This document shows, piece by piece, positions 1 to 12,284 of a stretch of 64,000 nucleotides of DNA. Each line of letters begins with the position of its first letter. The stretch's first letter is position 1. The translations under genes and the position numbers were made by a program. This stretch comes from Candidatus Krumholzibacteriia bacterium (GTDB taxonomy: Bacteria > Krumholzibacteriota > Krumholzibacteriia > LZORAL124-64-63): the NCBI GenBank assembly GCA_050174015.1, contig JBFXKG010000001.1, forward strand, positions 224,404 to 288,403. The letters run 5' to 3'. Below the pieces are notes generated by a model, which was given only the letters and a program-made list of their open reading frames with translations, ran no database searches and had not been told where the DNA came from.

Positions 1-2
1 TC

Positions 3-2201
3 GAGGCCTCGCTGGACAAACAGATCCTGGCGGCGATGAACAACCGGCCCGCGGTCGTGTTCACCGAGGCGCTCGATCCCCGGGTCGTCGAGGCGGCCTG
101 CCACCTGCCCCGGTTCGCCCGTCCGGTCTTCCTGGCCGCCGAGGAGAAGGTCAAGCAGGTCATCCACGAGCATCTGCCCCACCTGGACCGCACCCGCGCC
201 GAATTCACCCTGGCCGAGAGCGCCTTCGTCGATCCCCTGGAGCGCACCGACCTGCTGGAGGAGTTCGCCCGCGCCTGCACGGAACTGCCCCAGTCCCTCA
301 GCCGGACCCGCGACTTCGACGAGGCCCTGGAACTGGTCAGCCAGCCCGCGCGGTTCGGGATCATGGCCGTGCGGCAGGGGCACGCCGACGTGGTCGTCGG
401 CGGGGCGACCCACGAGCCCCGGGACTACTTCCGGCCCATGATCCGGCTGCTGGCCAAGCAGGAGATCGTCTGCGAGGCGGGCGTGATCGTGCTGCCGGAC
501 AGCCATCCCGGGGACATCTTCCCGCACAACATCCTGGTCGTGGGGGACGTCGGGGTCAACGCCACCATGAACCCCGAGGCCCTCGCCCACTGCGCCGTGG
601 GCACCTGCGCGGTCGCCCGCGATCTCATCCCCGAAGACGTGCTGCCGGTGATCAACGGGGCCATGGTCTCGTACTCCAACAAGGGGTCGGACGAAGGGCC
701 CAGTCCCGAACTGGTGCGCCAGGCCACCGGGCTGGTGCCGGAGGTCCTCGCCGACCGGATCACCCGCGGCCAGCGCTACGCCACCATCCACCTCGAGGGC
801 GAGGTCAAGATCAGCGTGGCCTTGTCCCGGCGTTCGGCGCACCTGTATCGCCGCGGCCAGGAGTCGACCTTCGTCGGCGGCACCAACGTGATCATCGTGC
901 CGAACCTGGACACCGGCAACCTGCTGTTCCATCTCTACGCCACCCGGTTCCCCGAGGCCAAGAAGTTCAGCGTCATGTTCGGCCTGCGGTTCCAGGGGGT
1001 GGACCTGCCCATGGACTCGACGGCCAACGACGCCACCCTGGCGGTCAAGGCCTCGATCCTGCGGATGCACCGCTTCGGCCACTGGTCGCGAACGCCCAAG
1101 GACACCTTCTTCCGCCGGCACCGCATCCTGGCGGTGAACCCCGGCAGCACCTCGACCAAGATCGCGGTGTTCGAGGGGGACCAGGTGCGGTTCGTGGAGG
1201 AGATCCAGCATTCCGCCGCGGAGCTGCTGCCCTACGAGGGCAAGCGCATCGTCGAGCAGTACCACATGCGCAAGGACGTGATCCTGCGGGTCCTGGGCGA
1301 TCACGGCATCGCGGTCGGCGATCTGGACGCGGTCGCGGGGCGGGGCGGCCTGGTCCGGCCCATCCCCCACGGGACCTACGCCGTCAACGACCGCATGTAC
1401 GAAGACCTCCTGGGGGGAACCGGGGCGGACCACGCCTCCAACCTCGGCGCCCTGATCGCCCGGGAACTGGTGGGCGAGTCGGGCAAGCCCGCGTTCATCG
1501 TCGATCCGGTGGTCGTGGACGAGGTCCCCGAGCGGGTGAAGATCACGGGCATGAAGGCCATCCGGCGGAAGGTCATCAGCCACGCCTTGAACCAGATCTC
1601 CACGGCCCGGCGCTACGCCGAGGAGCACGAGACCTTCTACCGTTACCTCAATCTCATCGTCTGCCACATGGGCGGGGGCATCACCATCGGGGCCCACGCC
1701 CGCGGCAAGTACATCGACGTGAACAACGGGCTGGACGGGGAGGGCCCCTTCAGCCCCCAGCGCTCGGGGGGGGAGCCCACCGGCGACCTGATCCGCCTCT
1801 GCTTCAGCGGGCGGTACACCCAGGACGAACTGCTCAAGCTCAACAAGGGCCGGGGCGGGCTGATCGACCTGCTGGGCACGGCCGACTTCCGGGAGGTCGA
1901 GCGGCGGATCGAGGCGGATGACCCGGAGGCGGGGGCGGTCTACGAGGCCATGGTCTACCAGATCTGCAAGAACATCACCGCCCTGCTGCCCGCCTTCGAC
2001 GGCGAACCGGTGGACCAGGTGCTGTTGACCGGGGGCATGGCCCGCAGCGCGATGCTGGTGCGGGACATCACCGCGGGGGTCAAGGCGCTGGGTTGCGGCG
2101 TCACCGCCTACCCCGGCGAGAACGAGATGTACGCCCTGATGAAGGGCGCCCTGCGGGTCCTTGCCGGCAGGGAAGAGGCCAAGGACTACAACCCCGATTG
2201 A
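3..2201 (+). CDS. buk: Phosphotransacetylase-like domain fused to butyrate kinase (5' end probably outside the window)
   Basis: The frame is open from position 3. The N-terminal half has PTA/PTB-fold motifs (VFTEALDPRV, DVGVN, SYSNKGS, VPNLDTGN). The C-terminal half has acetokinase/butyrate kinase motifs (ILAVNPGSTSTKIAVF, GRGGL, HASNLG, FIVDPVVVDE, HALNQ, HMGGGITIGAH, EGPFSPQRSG, YPGENEM). Confidence 0.9.
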   Translation, partial: EASLDKQILAAMNNRPAVVFTEALDPRVVEAACHLPRFARPVFLAAEEKVKQVIHEHLPHLDRTRAEFTLAESAFVDPLERTDLLEEFARACTELPQSLSRTRDFDEALELVSQPARFGIMAVRQGHADVVVGGATHEPRDYFRPMIRLLAKQEIVCEAGVIVLPDSHPGDIFPHNILVVGDVGVNATMNPEALAHCAVGTCAVARDLIPEDVLPVINGAMVSYSNKGSDEGPSPELVRQATGLVPEVLADRITRGQRYATIHLEGEVKISVALSRRSAHLYRRGQESTFVGGTNVIIVPNLDTGNLLFHLYATRFPEAKKFSVMFGLRFQGVDLPMDSTANDATLAVKASILRMHRFGHWSRTPKDTFFRRHRILAVNPGSTSTKIAVFEGDQVRFVEEIQHSAAELLPYEGKRIVEQYHMRKDVILRVLGDHGIAVGDLDAVAGRGGLVRPIPHGTYAVNDRMYEDLLGGTGADHASNLGALIARELVGESGKPAFIVDPVVVDEVPERVKITGMKAIRRKVISHALNQISTARRYAEEHETFYRYLNLIVCHMGGGITIGAHARGKYIDVNNGLDGEGPFSPQRSGGEPTGDLIRLCFSGRYTQDELLKLNKGRGGLIDLLGTADFREVERRIEADDPEAGAVYEAMVYQICKNITALLPAFDGEPVDQVLLTGGMARSAMLVRDITAGVKALGCGVTAYPGENEMYALMKGALRVLAGREEAKDYNPD

Positions 2202-2211
2202 TGGAGCCAGC

Positions 2212-3147
2212 ATGAATCCGATCACGAATCTCGACCAGCTCGTCGCCGGCCTGCAGGGATCCGAGCCCCGCCGCGTCGTCATCGCCGCCGGGCACGATCC
2301 CCATTCCATCCGGGCCGCCGCCCGGGCCGCCGCGGAGAAGGTCGCCCGGGTCACGCTGGTGGGGGACCGGGAGCGTATCGTCCGGCTGTGCGGGGAGTTC
2401 GCCCTGGACCGGGACCTGTTCTCGGTCGTGGACGAACCCGACCTCGTGGCCGCCGGAGCGCGGGCCGTGGCGATGGTCCGTGCGGGCGAGGCCGACGTGC
2501 TGATGAAGGGCCTCATCGGCACGGCCGACTACATGAAGTTGATCCTGAACAAGGACCAGGGGCTGCTGCCCGCGGGCAACGTCCTGTCCCACGTGACGGT
2601 CGTGGAAGCGCCGGCCGGACGGCTGGATCCGGCCCGGCTCCTCTTCGCTGCGGACGTCGCGATCATTCCCGCCCCAGATCTCGAAACGAAGATCCGGATC
2701 CTGGGCTACTGCGCGGCGGCCGCCCGCAGCTTCGGGATCGCCCGGCCCAGGGCCGCGCTGATCACGGCCAGCGAAAAGGTGAGCCCCAGGATGCCGGCCA
2801 CGGTGGAGGCCGCGGAGATCGTCCGGCGCCACGCGGCCGGAGAGCTGGACGACCTGGTGGGCGAGGCCGAGGTGGCCGGGCCCCTGGCTCTGGATCTGGC
2901 GCTGTCGGCCGAGGCCTGCGCCATCAAGGGATTCGTCTCCCCGGTGGGCGGGGCGGCGGACGTGCTGGTCTTTCCCGGCATCGAGGCGGGAAACGTCTTC
3001 TACAAGGCGGTCACCCAGCTGGCCGCAGCCCGCATCGCCGCCGTCGTCGTGGGCACCGAGGTCCCCTGCGTCCTAACCAGCCGGGCGGACAGCGAGGAGA
3101 CCAAGTTCCTTTCGATCGCCATGGGTTGCCGGCTGGCGGGCGGATAA
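2212..3147 (+). CDS. ptb: Phosphate butyryltransferase / phosphate acyltransferase
   Basis: GGAG RBS before ATG 2212. Motifs ADVLMKG, LSHV, ADVAIIPAPDL, GPLALDLA, ADVLVFPGIEAGNVFYK and VLTSRADS. Lies directly after buk. Confidence 0.9.
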   Translation: MNPITNLDQLVAGLQGSEPRRVVIAAGHDPHSIRAAARAAAEKVARVTLVGDRERIVRLCGEFALDRDLFSVVDEPDLVAAGARAVAMVRAGEADVLMKGLIGTADYMKLILNKDQGLLPAGNVLSHVTVVEAPAGRLDPARLLFAADVAIIPAPDLETKIRILGYCAAAARSFGIARPRAALITASEKVSPRMPATVEAAEIVRRHAAGELDDLVGEAEVAGPLALDLALSAEACAIKGFVSPVGGAADVLVFPGIEAGNVFYKAVTQLAAARIAAVVVGTEVPCVLTSRADSEETKFLSIAMGCRLAGG

Positions 3148-3236
3148 TGGTGTCGAATTCCGGGCGGATCGGGGATAAGTTTACCGGAGGTTGAGGATCC
3201 CGCCGGGCGGCGGTCGGCAGGAGGTGAGCCGGAAGG

Positions 3237-3407
3237 ATGTACGCAATCATCGACCGGAGCGGCTATCTCCTGGTGGCCAGGTCCGGGATGGTGTCGGCAC
3301 TTGGCAGGATCTGGGTGGGGTCGGTCTTCGGCAGGTTGCCCTATGCCGCCCGGGTTCTCGATTCCATTCCCGACGCCGAGAGATGGTTGACCAGTCCGGA
3401 CCCGTGA
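3237..3407 (+). CDS. Possible small ORF or gene remnant (56 aa); C-terminus resembles STAS/SEC14 (SpoIIAA-like) proteins
   Basis: Hand-translated as MYAIIDRSGYLLVARSGMVSALGRIWVGSVFGRLPYAARVLDSIPDAERWLTSPDP, with purine-rich sequence upstream. Below the ORF-track size cutoff. Confidence 0.3.
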   Translation: MYAIIDRSGYLLVARSGMVSALGRIWVGSVFGRLPYAARVLDSIPDAERWLTSPDP

Positions 3408-3438
3408 CAGCGGCTTTCCGCCAACGAAAGGTGATCAC

Positions 3439-3939
3439 ATGGCCAACACCCGCGACAACCTGAAGGAAGCCTTCGCCGGCGAAAGCCAGGCCTTCCAGAA
3501 ATACACCTCCTTCGCCGAAGCCGCCGAGAAGGACGGGCTGCCCAACATCGCCCGCCTCTTCCGGACGACGGCCCAGGCCGAGCGCATCCACGCCGCGGGC
3601 CACTTCGCCGCCCTCGACGGCGTGGGCTCGACGGTGGACAACCTGAAGGCCGCCATCGGGGGGGAGACCTACGAGTTCGAGCAGATGTATCCCCCCATGC
3701 TGGAGCAGGCCGTGGCCGAGGGCCACAAGGCCAAGCGCATGTTCAAGTTCGCCGTCGAGGCGGAGGAGATCCACGCCCGACTCTACAAGCGGGCCCTGGA
3801 CGCCGCCGCCAACGGCGAGGACCTGGACACCGACAAGTTCTACCTCTGCGCCGTGTGCGGGCACATCGAGTTCGGCAAGGCGCCCGAGAAGTGCCCCATC
3901 TGCGGGGTGCCGGCGAGCAAGTACGTCCTGATCGACTAG
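3439..3939 (+). CDS. rbr: Rubrerythrin
   Basis: NLKEAFAGESQA, two ExxH diiron motifs (ERIH, EEIH) and a C-terminal rubredoxin-like CAVC...CPIC. Confidence 0.95.
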   Translation: MANTRDNLKEAFAGESQAFQKYTSFAEAAEKDGLPNIARLFRTTAQAERIHAAGHFAALDGVGSTVDNLKAAIGGETYEFEQMYPPMLEQAVAEGHKAKRMFKFAVEAEEIHARLYKRALDAAANGEDLDTDKFYLCAVCGHIEFGKAPEKCPICGVPASKYVLID

Positions 3940-3953
3940 ACGGCCTGACCGGA

Positions 3954-3983
3954 GGCCCGGGGCAGGCTTGTCCCGGGCCCTTT
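3954..3983 (+). terminator. Probable hairpin terminator after rubrerythrin
   Basis: GGCCCGGGGCA-ggct-TGTCCCGGGCC followed by a short T run. Confidence 0.45.
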
Positions 3984-4053
3984 CGTCCCTCCGATCCAGC
4001 GGGACCCCGGGAGGATTGCCGACGGCGGTCAGGGGGTCGGAAAGTGAGCGGCC

Positions 4054-4251
4054 ATGATCGGGGATGGGCTCGTGGGCGTCGACATCCAGTGCCCCTGTTG
4101 CTGGCAGGCCATCGAGGTGCTCGTGGATCCCTCGGTTCCCTTCCAGGAGTACGTCGAGGATTGCCAGGTCTGCTGCCGGCCGCTGGTGATGACCGTCCAG
4201 GTCCTGGAGGAGGGACCGCCCCGGGTCGCGGTTCGGCCCGAAACCGACTGA
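4054..4251 (+). CDS. CPXCG-motif-like cysteine-rich protein
   Basis: CPCCWQ...VDPS...YVEDCQVCCRP pattern typical of this small Zn-binding family. Confidence 0.8.
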   Translation: MIGDGLVGVDIQCPCCWQAIEVLVDPSVPFQEYVEDCQVCCRPLVMTVQVLEEGPPRVAVRPETD

Positions 4252-4399
4252 AACGCGGCGGAAAAGGGCGCTTCCCGACCCGTGAAATGCCCAACATCTT
4301 GACAATCCCGGCGGTTTTCCGTGTTTTGGGGAAACTTCCGCGGCGCCCGCGCGTTTCGGACCGGTCACCCCGTGATCTCCTCCAACCATTGGAGTCCCC

Positions 4400-5779
4400 A
4401 TGACCCAGGGCCATCCCAAGGGCCTCTACGTCCTCTTCTACACCGAGATGTGGGAACGCTTCAGCTACTACGGGATGCGCGCCATCCTCGTGCTCTACAT
4501 GACCAAGGCCCTGATGTTCGACGTCGCCAAGGCCTCGACCATCTACGGGAACTTCACCGGCCTGGCCTACCTGATGCCGCTGGCGGGGGGGTACATCGCC
4601 GATCGCTGGTGGGGCAACCGCCGCTCCATCCTCGTCGGCGGGCTGATCATGGCCGTGGGCCAGTTCCTGATATTCCTCAGCGCCAGCTTCTACGACGATC
4701 CGGGCCTGGCCCATCCCCTGCTGTGGGGCGGGCTCGGGGTGATCATCGCAGGCACGGGTCTGTTCAAGGCCAACATCGCCTCCATGGTGGGTTCGCTCTA
4801 CGCCCCGGACGACAAGCGCAAGGATTCGGCCTTCACCATCTTCTACATGGGGATCAACATCGGCGCGTTCCTGGCCCCCCTGGTCGCCGGCGGCCTGGGC
4901 GACACCGGCAACCCCGAGGACTTCCGCTGGGGCTTCCTGTCCGCGGCGATCGGCATGCTGCTGGGGACGGTCATCTTCCAGATCTCCAAGGACAAGCACG
5001 TGGTGGATGCCGACGGCCACCCCCTGGGCCTGCCCCCCGCGGAGCACCGCCGGTTGAATCACCGGAGTTCCGCGGATCACGACAGGCCCATGGTCAGGGA
5101 GGACTGGGAGCGCGTCGCGGTCATCTTCATCCTCTCGTTCTTCGTGATCTTCTTCTGGGCCGCATTCGAGCAGGCCGGAGCCTCCCTGACCGTCTTCGCG
5201 GACCGGCAGACCGACCGGGACCTGCTGGGCTGGACGGTACCCGCCAGCTGGTTCCAGTCCGTCAACGCCGTGGCCATCGTCCTGTTCGCCCCGCTCTTCG
5301 CCTGGCTGTGGTCCCGCCTGGCCAGGAGGGGCCTGGATCCCAGCACCCCGGTCAAGATGTCCTTCGGCTTCTTCTTCCTGGGGCTGGGCTACCTGGTGAT
5401 CTCCTTCGGGGTGGACGGGCTGGATCCCACCACCAAGGTCAGCATGATGTGGTTGATCAGCCTCTACCTGTTGCACACTTTCGGGGAGCTGTGCCTGTCC
5501 CCCATCGGGCTGTCGGCGGTCAGCAAGCTTTCGCCCCCCAAATTCGCTTCCCTGATGATGGGGGTGTGGTACCTTGCCTCATCGCTGGCCAACAAGATGG
5601 CCGGGGTGCTCAGCAGCTTCTACCCAGAGGAGGGCAAGGCGGCCCCGGTCCTGCTGGGGTACGAGGTCACCGACCTGCACGGGTTCTTCGTGATCTTCGT
5701 CGTGATGTCCGCCGCCGCGGGCGTGGTCCTGTTCCTGCTGGCGCGGCCGATCTCCAGGTGGAGCCACGGCCGGGCCTGA
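4400..5779 (+). CDS. Proton-dependent oligopeptide transporter (POT/PTR family, DtpT-like)
   Basis: HPKGLYVLFYTEMWERFSYYGMRA (ExxERFxYY), FTIFYMGINIG and GELCLSPIGLS motifs. Confidence 0.95.
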   Translation: MTQGHPKGLYVLFYTEMWERFSYYGMRAILVLYMTKALMFDVAKASTIYGNFTGLAYLMPLAGGYIADRWWGNRRSILVGGLIMAVGQFLIFLSASFYDDPGLAHPLLWGGLGVIIAGTGLFKANIASMVGSLYAPDDKRKDSAFTIFYMGINIGAFLAPLVAGGLGDTGNPEDFRWGFLSAAIGMLLGTVIFQISKDKHVVDADGHPLGLPPAEHRRLNHRSSADHDRPMVREDWERVAVIFILSFFVIFFWAAFEQAGASLTVFADRQTDRDLLGWTVPASWFQSVNAVAIVLFAPLFAWLWSRLARRGLDPSTPVKMSFGFFFLGLGYLVISFGVDGLDPTTKVSMMWLISLYLLHTFGELCLSPIGLSAVSKLSPPKFASLMMGVWYLASSLANKMAGVLSSFYPEEGKAAPVLLGYEVTDLHGFFVIFVVMSAAAGVVLFLLARPISRWSHGRA

Positions 5780-5803
5780 TCCGGATGACCAGGGAGATGC
5801 CGG

Positions 5804-7528
5804 ATGCGCACTGAAATCGTCAAGGCGGTGGCCGCCGCCGCCGGGCTGCCCGAGGCCGAGATCGACGGTCAATTGACCGATTCCCGTGAACCGGGGCACG
5901 GCGACTTCGCCTTGCCCTGCTTCATTCTCGCCAGGGCCTGGAAGAAGTCCCCGCCGGCCTGCGCGGCCAAGCTGGCGGGCGATGTGGCGCTGCCTGAGGG
6001 AGTGGACCGGTGCGAGGCGGCGGGTCCCTACCTCAACTTCTATCTGGACCGGGCGGCCGAGAGCCTGCGGCTGGTCGGCGGGATCCTGGCCGCCGGGGAG
6101 GGCGTCGGGCGGGGCGCCCCCCGCGACGAGCGCATCGTGGTGGAATACTCCAGCCCCAACATCGCCAAGCCCTTCCACGTGGGTCACCTGCGGACCACCG
6201 TGATCGGGCACGCGCTGGCCCGCATCCACCGGCACCTGGGTTACGAGGTCATCAGCATCAACCACCTGGGGGACTGGGGCACCCAGTTCGGGTTCGTCTG
6301 GGCGGGCTGCGAGATCTGGGGCAAGCCGGCCGACGCCCGCATCGCCGACCTGGTCGGTCTCTACCAGCGGGCCACCGGCCTGCGGAAGGACCAGGACGCA
6401 GGCAAGGTCCCTCCCGGGGACGCGGACAAGCCCGACGTGAACGCCATGGCCCGGGACTACTTCATCCGCCTGGAGGCGGGCGAGCCCGAGGCGCGGGGCT
6501 TCTGGGAATGGTGCCTGGACATCTCCCTGGACTACTTCAAGAGCATGTACGACCGGATGGGCGTGCACTTCGACCACTACACCGGCGAGTCCTTCTTCCA
6601 GGACCGCCTGGCCGGGGTCGAGAGCATGATCCGCGGCAGCGGGATCCTCGAGGAGTCCCGCGGCGCCCTGGGGGTGGACCTGGGTCCCCGGCTCGGATTC
6701 GTCCGGGTGTTCGCCGAGGACGGCCGCTCCCTCTACATCACCCGCGACATCGCCGCGGCGGAGTACCGCACCGAGACCTTCGACCCCGTCAGGATCCTGT
6801 ACGTGGTGGGGGCGCCCCAGCAGCTGCACTTCCAGCAGCTCGTCGGGGTGCTCGAGCGGATGGGCCGCCCGTCCGCCTCGCGGATCGTCCACGTCCCGTA
6901 CGGGCACGTGCCGGGCATCAGCACCCGCGGCGGGGCGGCCGACGAGAAGGTCCTGCTGAACGACCTGCTGGACGACGCCCATGCCCGGGCGCGCGAAGCC
7001 TACTCGTCGCAGGTGGTCAAGAAACCCCAGGACGTCGATGAGGAGGCCCTCGCCGAGGCGGTGGGCCTCGGCGCGATCTTCTTCGACTACCTGAGCCGTT
7101 CCAACATCAAGGACTTCCACTTCAACTGGGACGACGCCCTGAACTTCCAGGGCGACACCGGGCCGTACATCCAGTACGCCCTGGCCCGCATCAACAGCAT
7201 CGCGGCCAAGGCCGCCGCCACGGGTCTCGATCCCGCCGGGGGCTTCGACGCCTCCCTGCTGGCGGGAGACGACACCTACCAGCTGGTCTTCCAGCTGCGA
7301 CGGTTCGAGGGGGTCCTCCGGAAGGCCGCGGCCGAGTACGAGCCCTACCTGCTGGCCAACTACCTGCTGGAGCTGGCCCGTTCGTTCAGCGCCCGGTACA
7401 GCTCCCTGCGGGTCCTGGGGGAGGAGCCCACCGTGGCGCAGGCCAGGTTGTCGCTGTTCTGCGCGGTCGGCAACGTGCTGCGGACCGGTCTGGGCCTGCT
7501 CGGCGTGCCGCCGGTGGAGCGGATGTAG
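5804..7528 (+). CDS. argS: Arginine--tRNA ligase
   Basis: VEYSSPNIAKPFHVGHLR (HIGH motif), NHLGDWGTQFG, GDTGPYIQYA and C-terminal VERM. Confidence 0.97.
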   Translation: MRTEIVKAVAAAAGLPEAEIDGQLTDSREPGHGDFALPCFILARAWKKSPPACAAKLAGDVALPEGVDRCEAAGPYLNFYLDRAAESLRLVGGILAAGEGVGRGAPRDERIVVEYSSPNIAKPFHVGHLRTTVIGHALARIHRHLGYEVISINHLGDWGTQFGFVWAGCEIWGKPADARIADLVGLYQRATGLRKDQDAGKVPPGDADKPDVNAMARDYFIRLEAGEPEARGFWEWCLDISLDYFKSMYDRMGVHFDHYTGESFFQDRLAGVESMIRGSGILEESRGALGVDLGPRLGFVRVFAEDGRSLYITRDIAAAEYRTETFDPVRILYVVGAPQQLHFQQLVGVLERMGRPSASRIVHVPYGHVPGISTRGGAADEKVLLNDLLDDAHARAREAYSSQVVKKPQDVDEEALAEAVGLGAIFFDYLSRSNIKDFHFNWDDALNFQGDTGPYIQYALARINSIAAKAAATGLDPAGGFDASLLAGDDTYQLVFQLRRFEGVLRKAAAEYEPYLLANYLLELARSFSARYSSLRVLGEEPTVAQARLSLFCAVGNVLRTGLGLLGVPPVERM

Positions 7529-7540
7529 GACCGCCGGCGA

Positions 7541-8020
7541 TCATCGGAACAGGGCCTTGACCCTTCCGAACGATCCGTTCCCGTCATCCACCGTGGTCAG
7601 CGCCAGATCCCCCCTGATTTCACCGGACGGATAGGTCGACGAGTGGACGTTGATGTAGACCAGACCGTCCAGGAGCAGGGTGACGTCCTCGGGGTCGAGC
7701 GCCCAGACGCCGATCTTGGGTGAACCCGGGGGCAGGGTCAGCAGCCGGGGACCGATGGCTCCGGCCTCCCCGTAGTGGAAGTGGGCGCCGGTCTCGTCCC
7801 CTTCGAGACCGGAGTAGGTCACGGTGTATTCGGCCTGCGTCAAATCGTCGTTCAGGATCACCGTCGCGTATCCGATGGCGCTGGAGGGCGTCCCCGCAGT
7901 CGGCCCGTCGAGGATGCACTGGAAGACAGGTCCCCCCAGAGCGGCTCCGGCAAGGCAGGTGAACAGCGTCGCGGCAGCCGACCAAATTCCAACGACCGTC
8001 ATCGATTCCGTTTTCGTCAT
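7541..8020 (-). CDS. Secreted CHRD-domain protein with C-terminal SFGRVKALFR tail
   Basis: N-terminal hydrophobic signal, CHRD motifs (TGAHFH, GLVYINVHSSTYPSGEIRG) and a GGAGG RBS. Confidence 0.85.
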   Translation of the reverse strand: MTKTESMTVVGIWSAAATLFTCLAGAALGGPVFQCILDGPTAGTPSSAIGYATVILNDDLTQAEYTVTYSGLEGDETGAHFHYGEAGAIGPRLLTLPPGSPKIGVWALDPEDVTLLLDGLVYINVHSSTYPSGEIRGDLALTTVDDGNGSFGRVKALFR

Positions 8021-8154
8021 GAGTCACCTCCAGGATGAAACATAAAAACAATACAAATTTTATCCAATTTAAGCCACGGGGAGGATTTTGTCTGTGGATA
8101 TCAGCCGACCCGGGCCCATCTTGGGGGCCCGGGTCGCTCGTCCGGAGGCGGTGG

Positions 8155-12156
<4,002 letters not shown>

Positions 12157-12284
12157 GATGGCTCCTGACGGAGAGCGAGTTCCAGTCCGGGTCTCATCCG
12201 GAAAACTGGGAATGGAATCGGCTGATCAGAAAGAGACTTAAGGAGGAAATGGGGCGCCGCGGGAACCGCGACGCCCGCGGGGGA

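Noticed and set aside
8030..8102. AT-rich patch with DnaA-box-like TGTGGATAT and TTATCCAAT
   Set aside because: Only imperfect boxes in a short gap. More simply explained as the promoter region of the CHRD gene.
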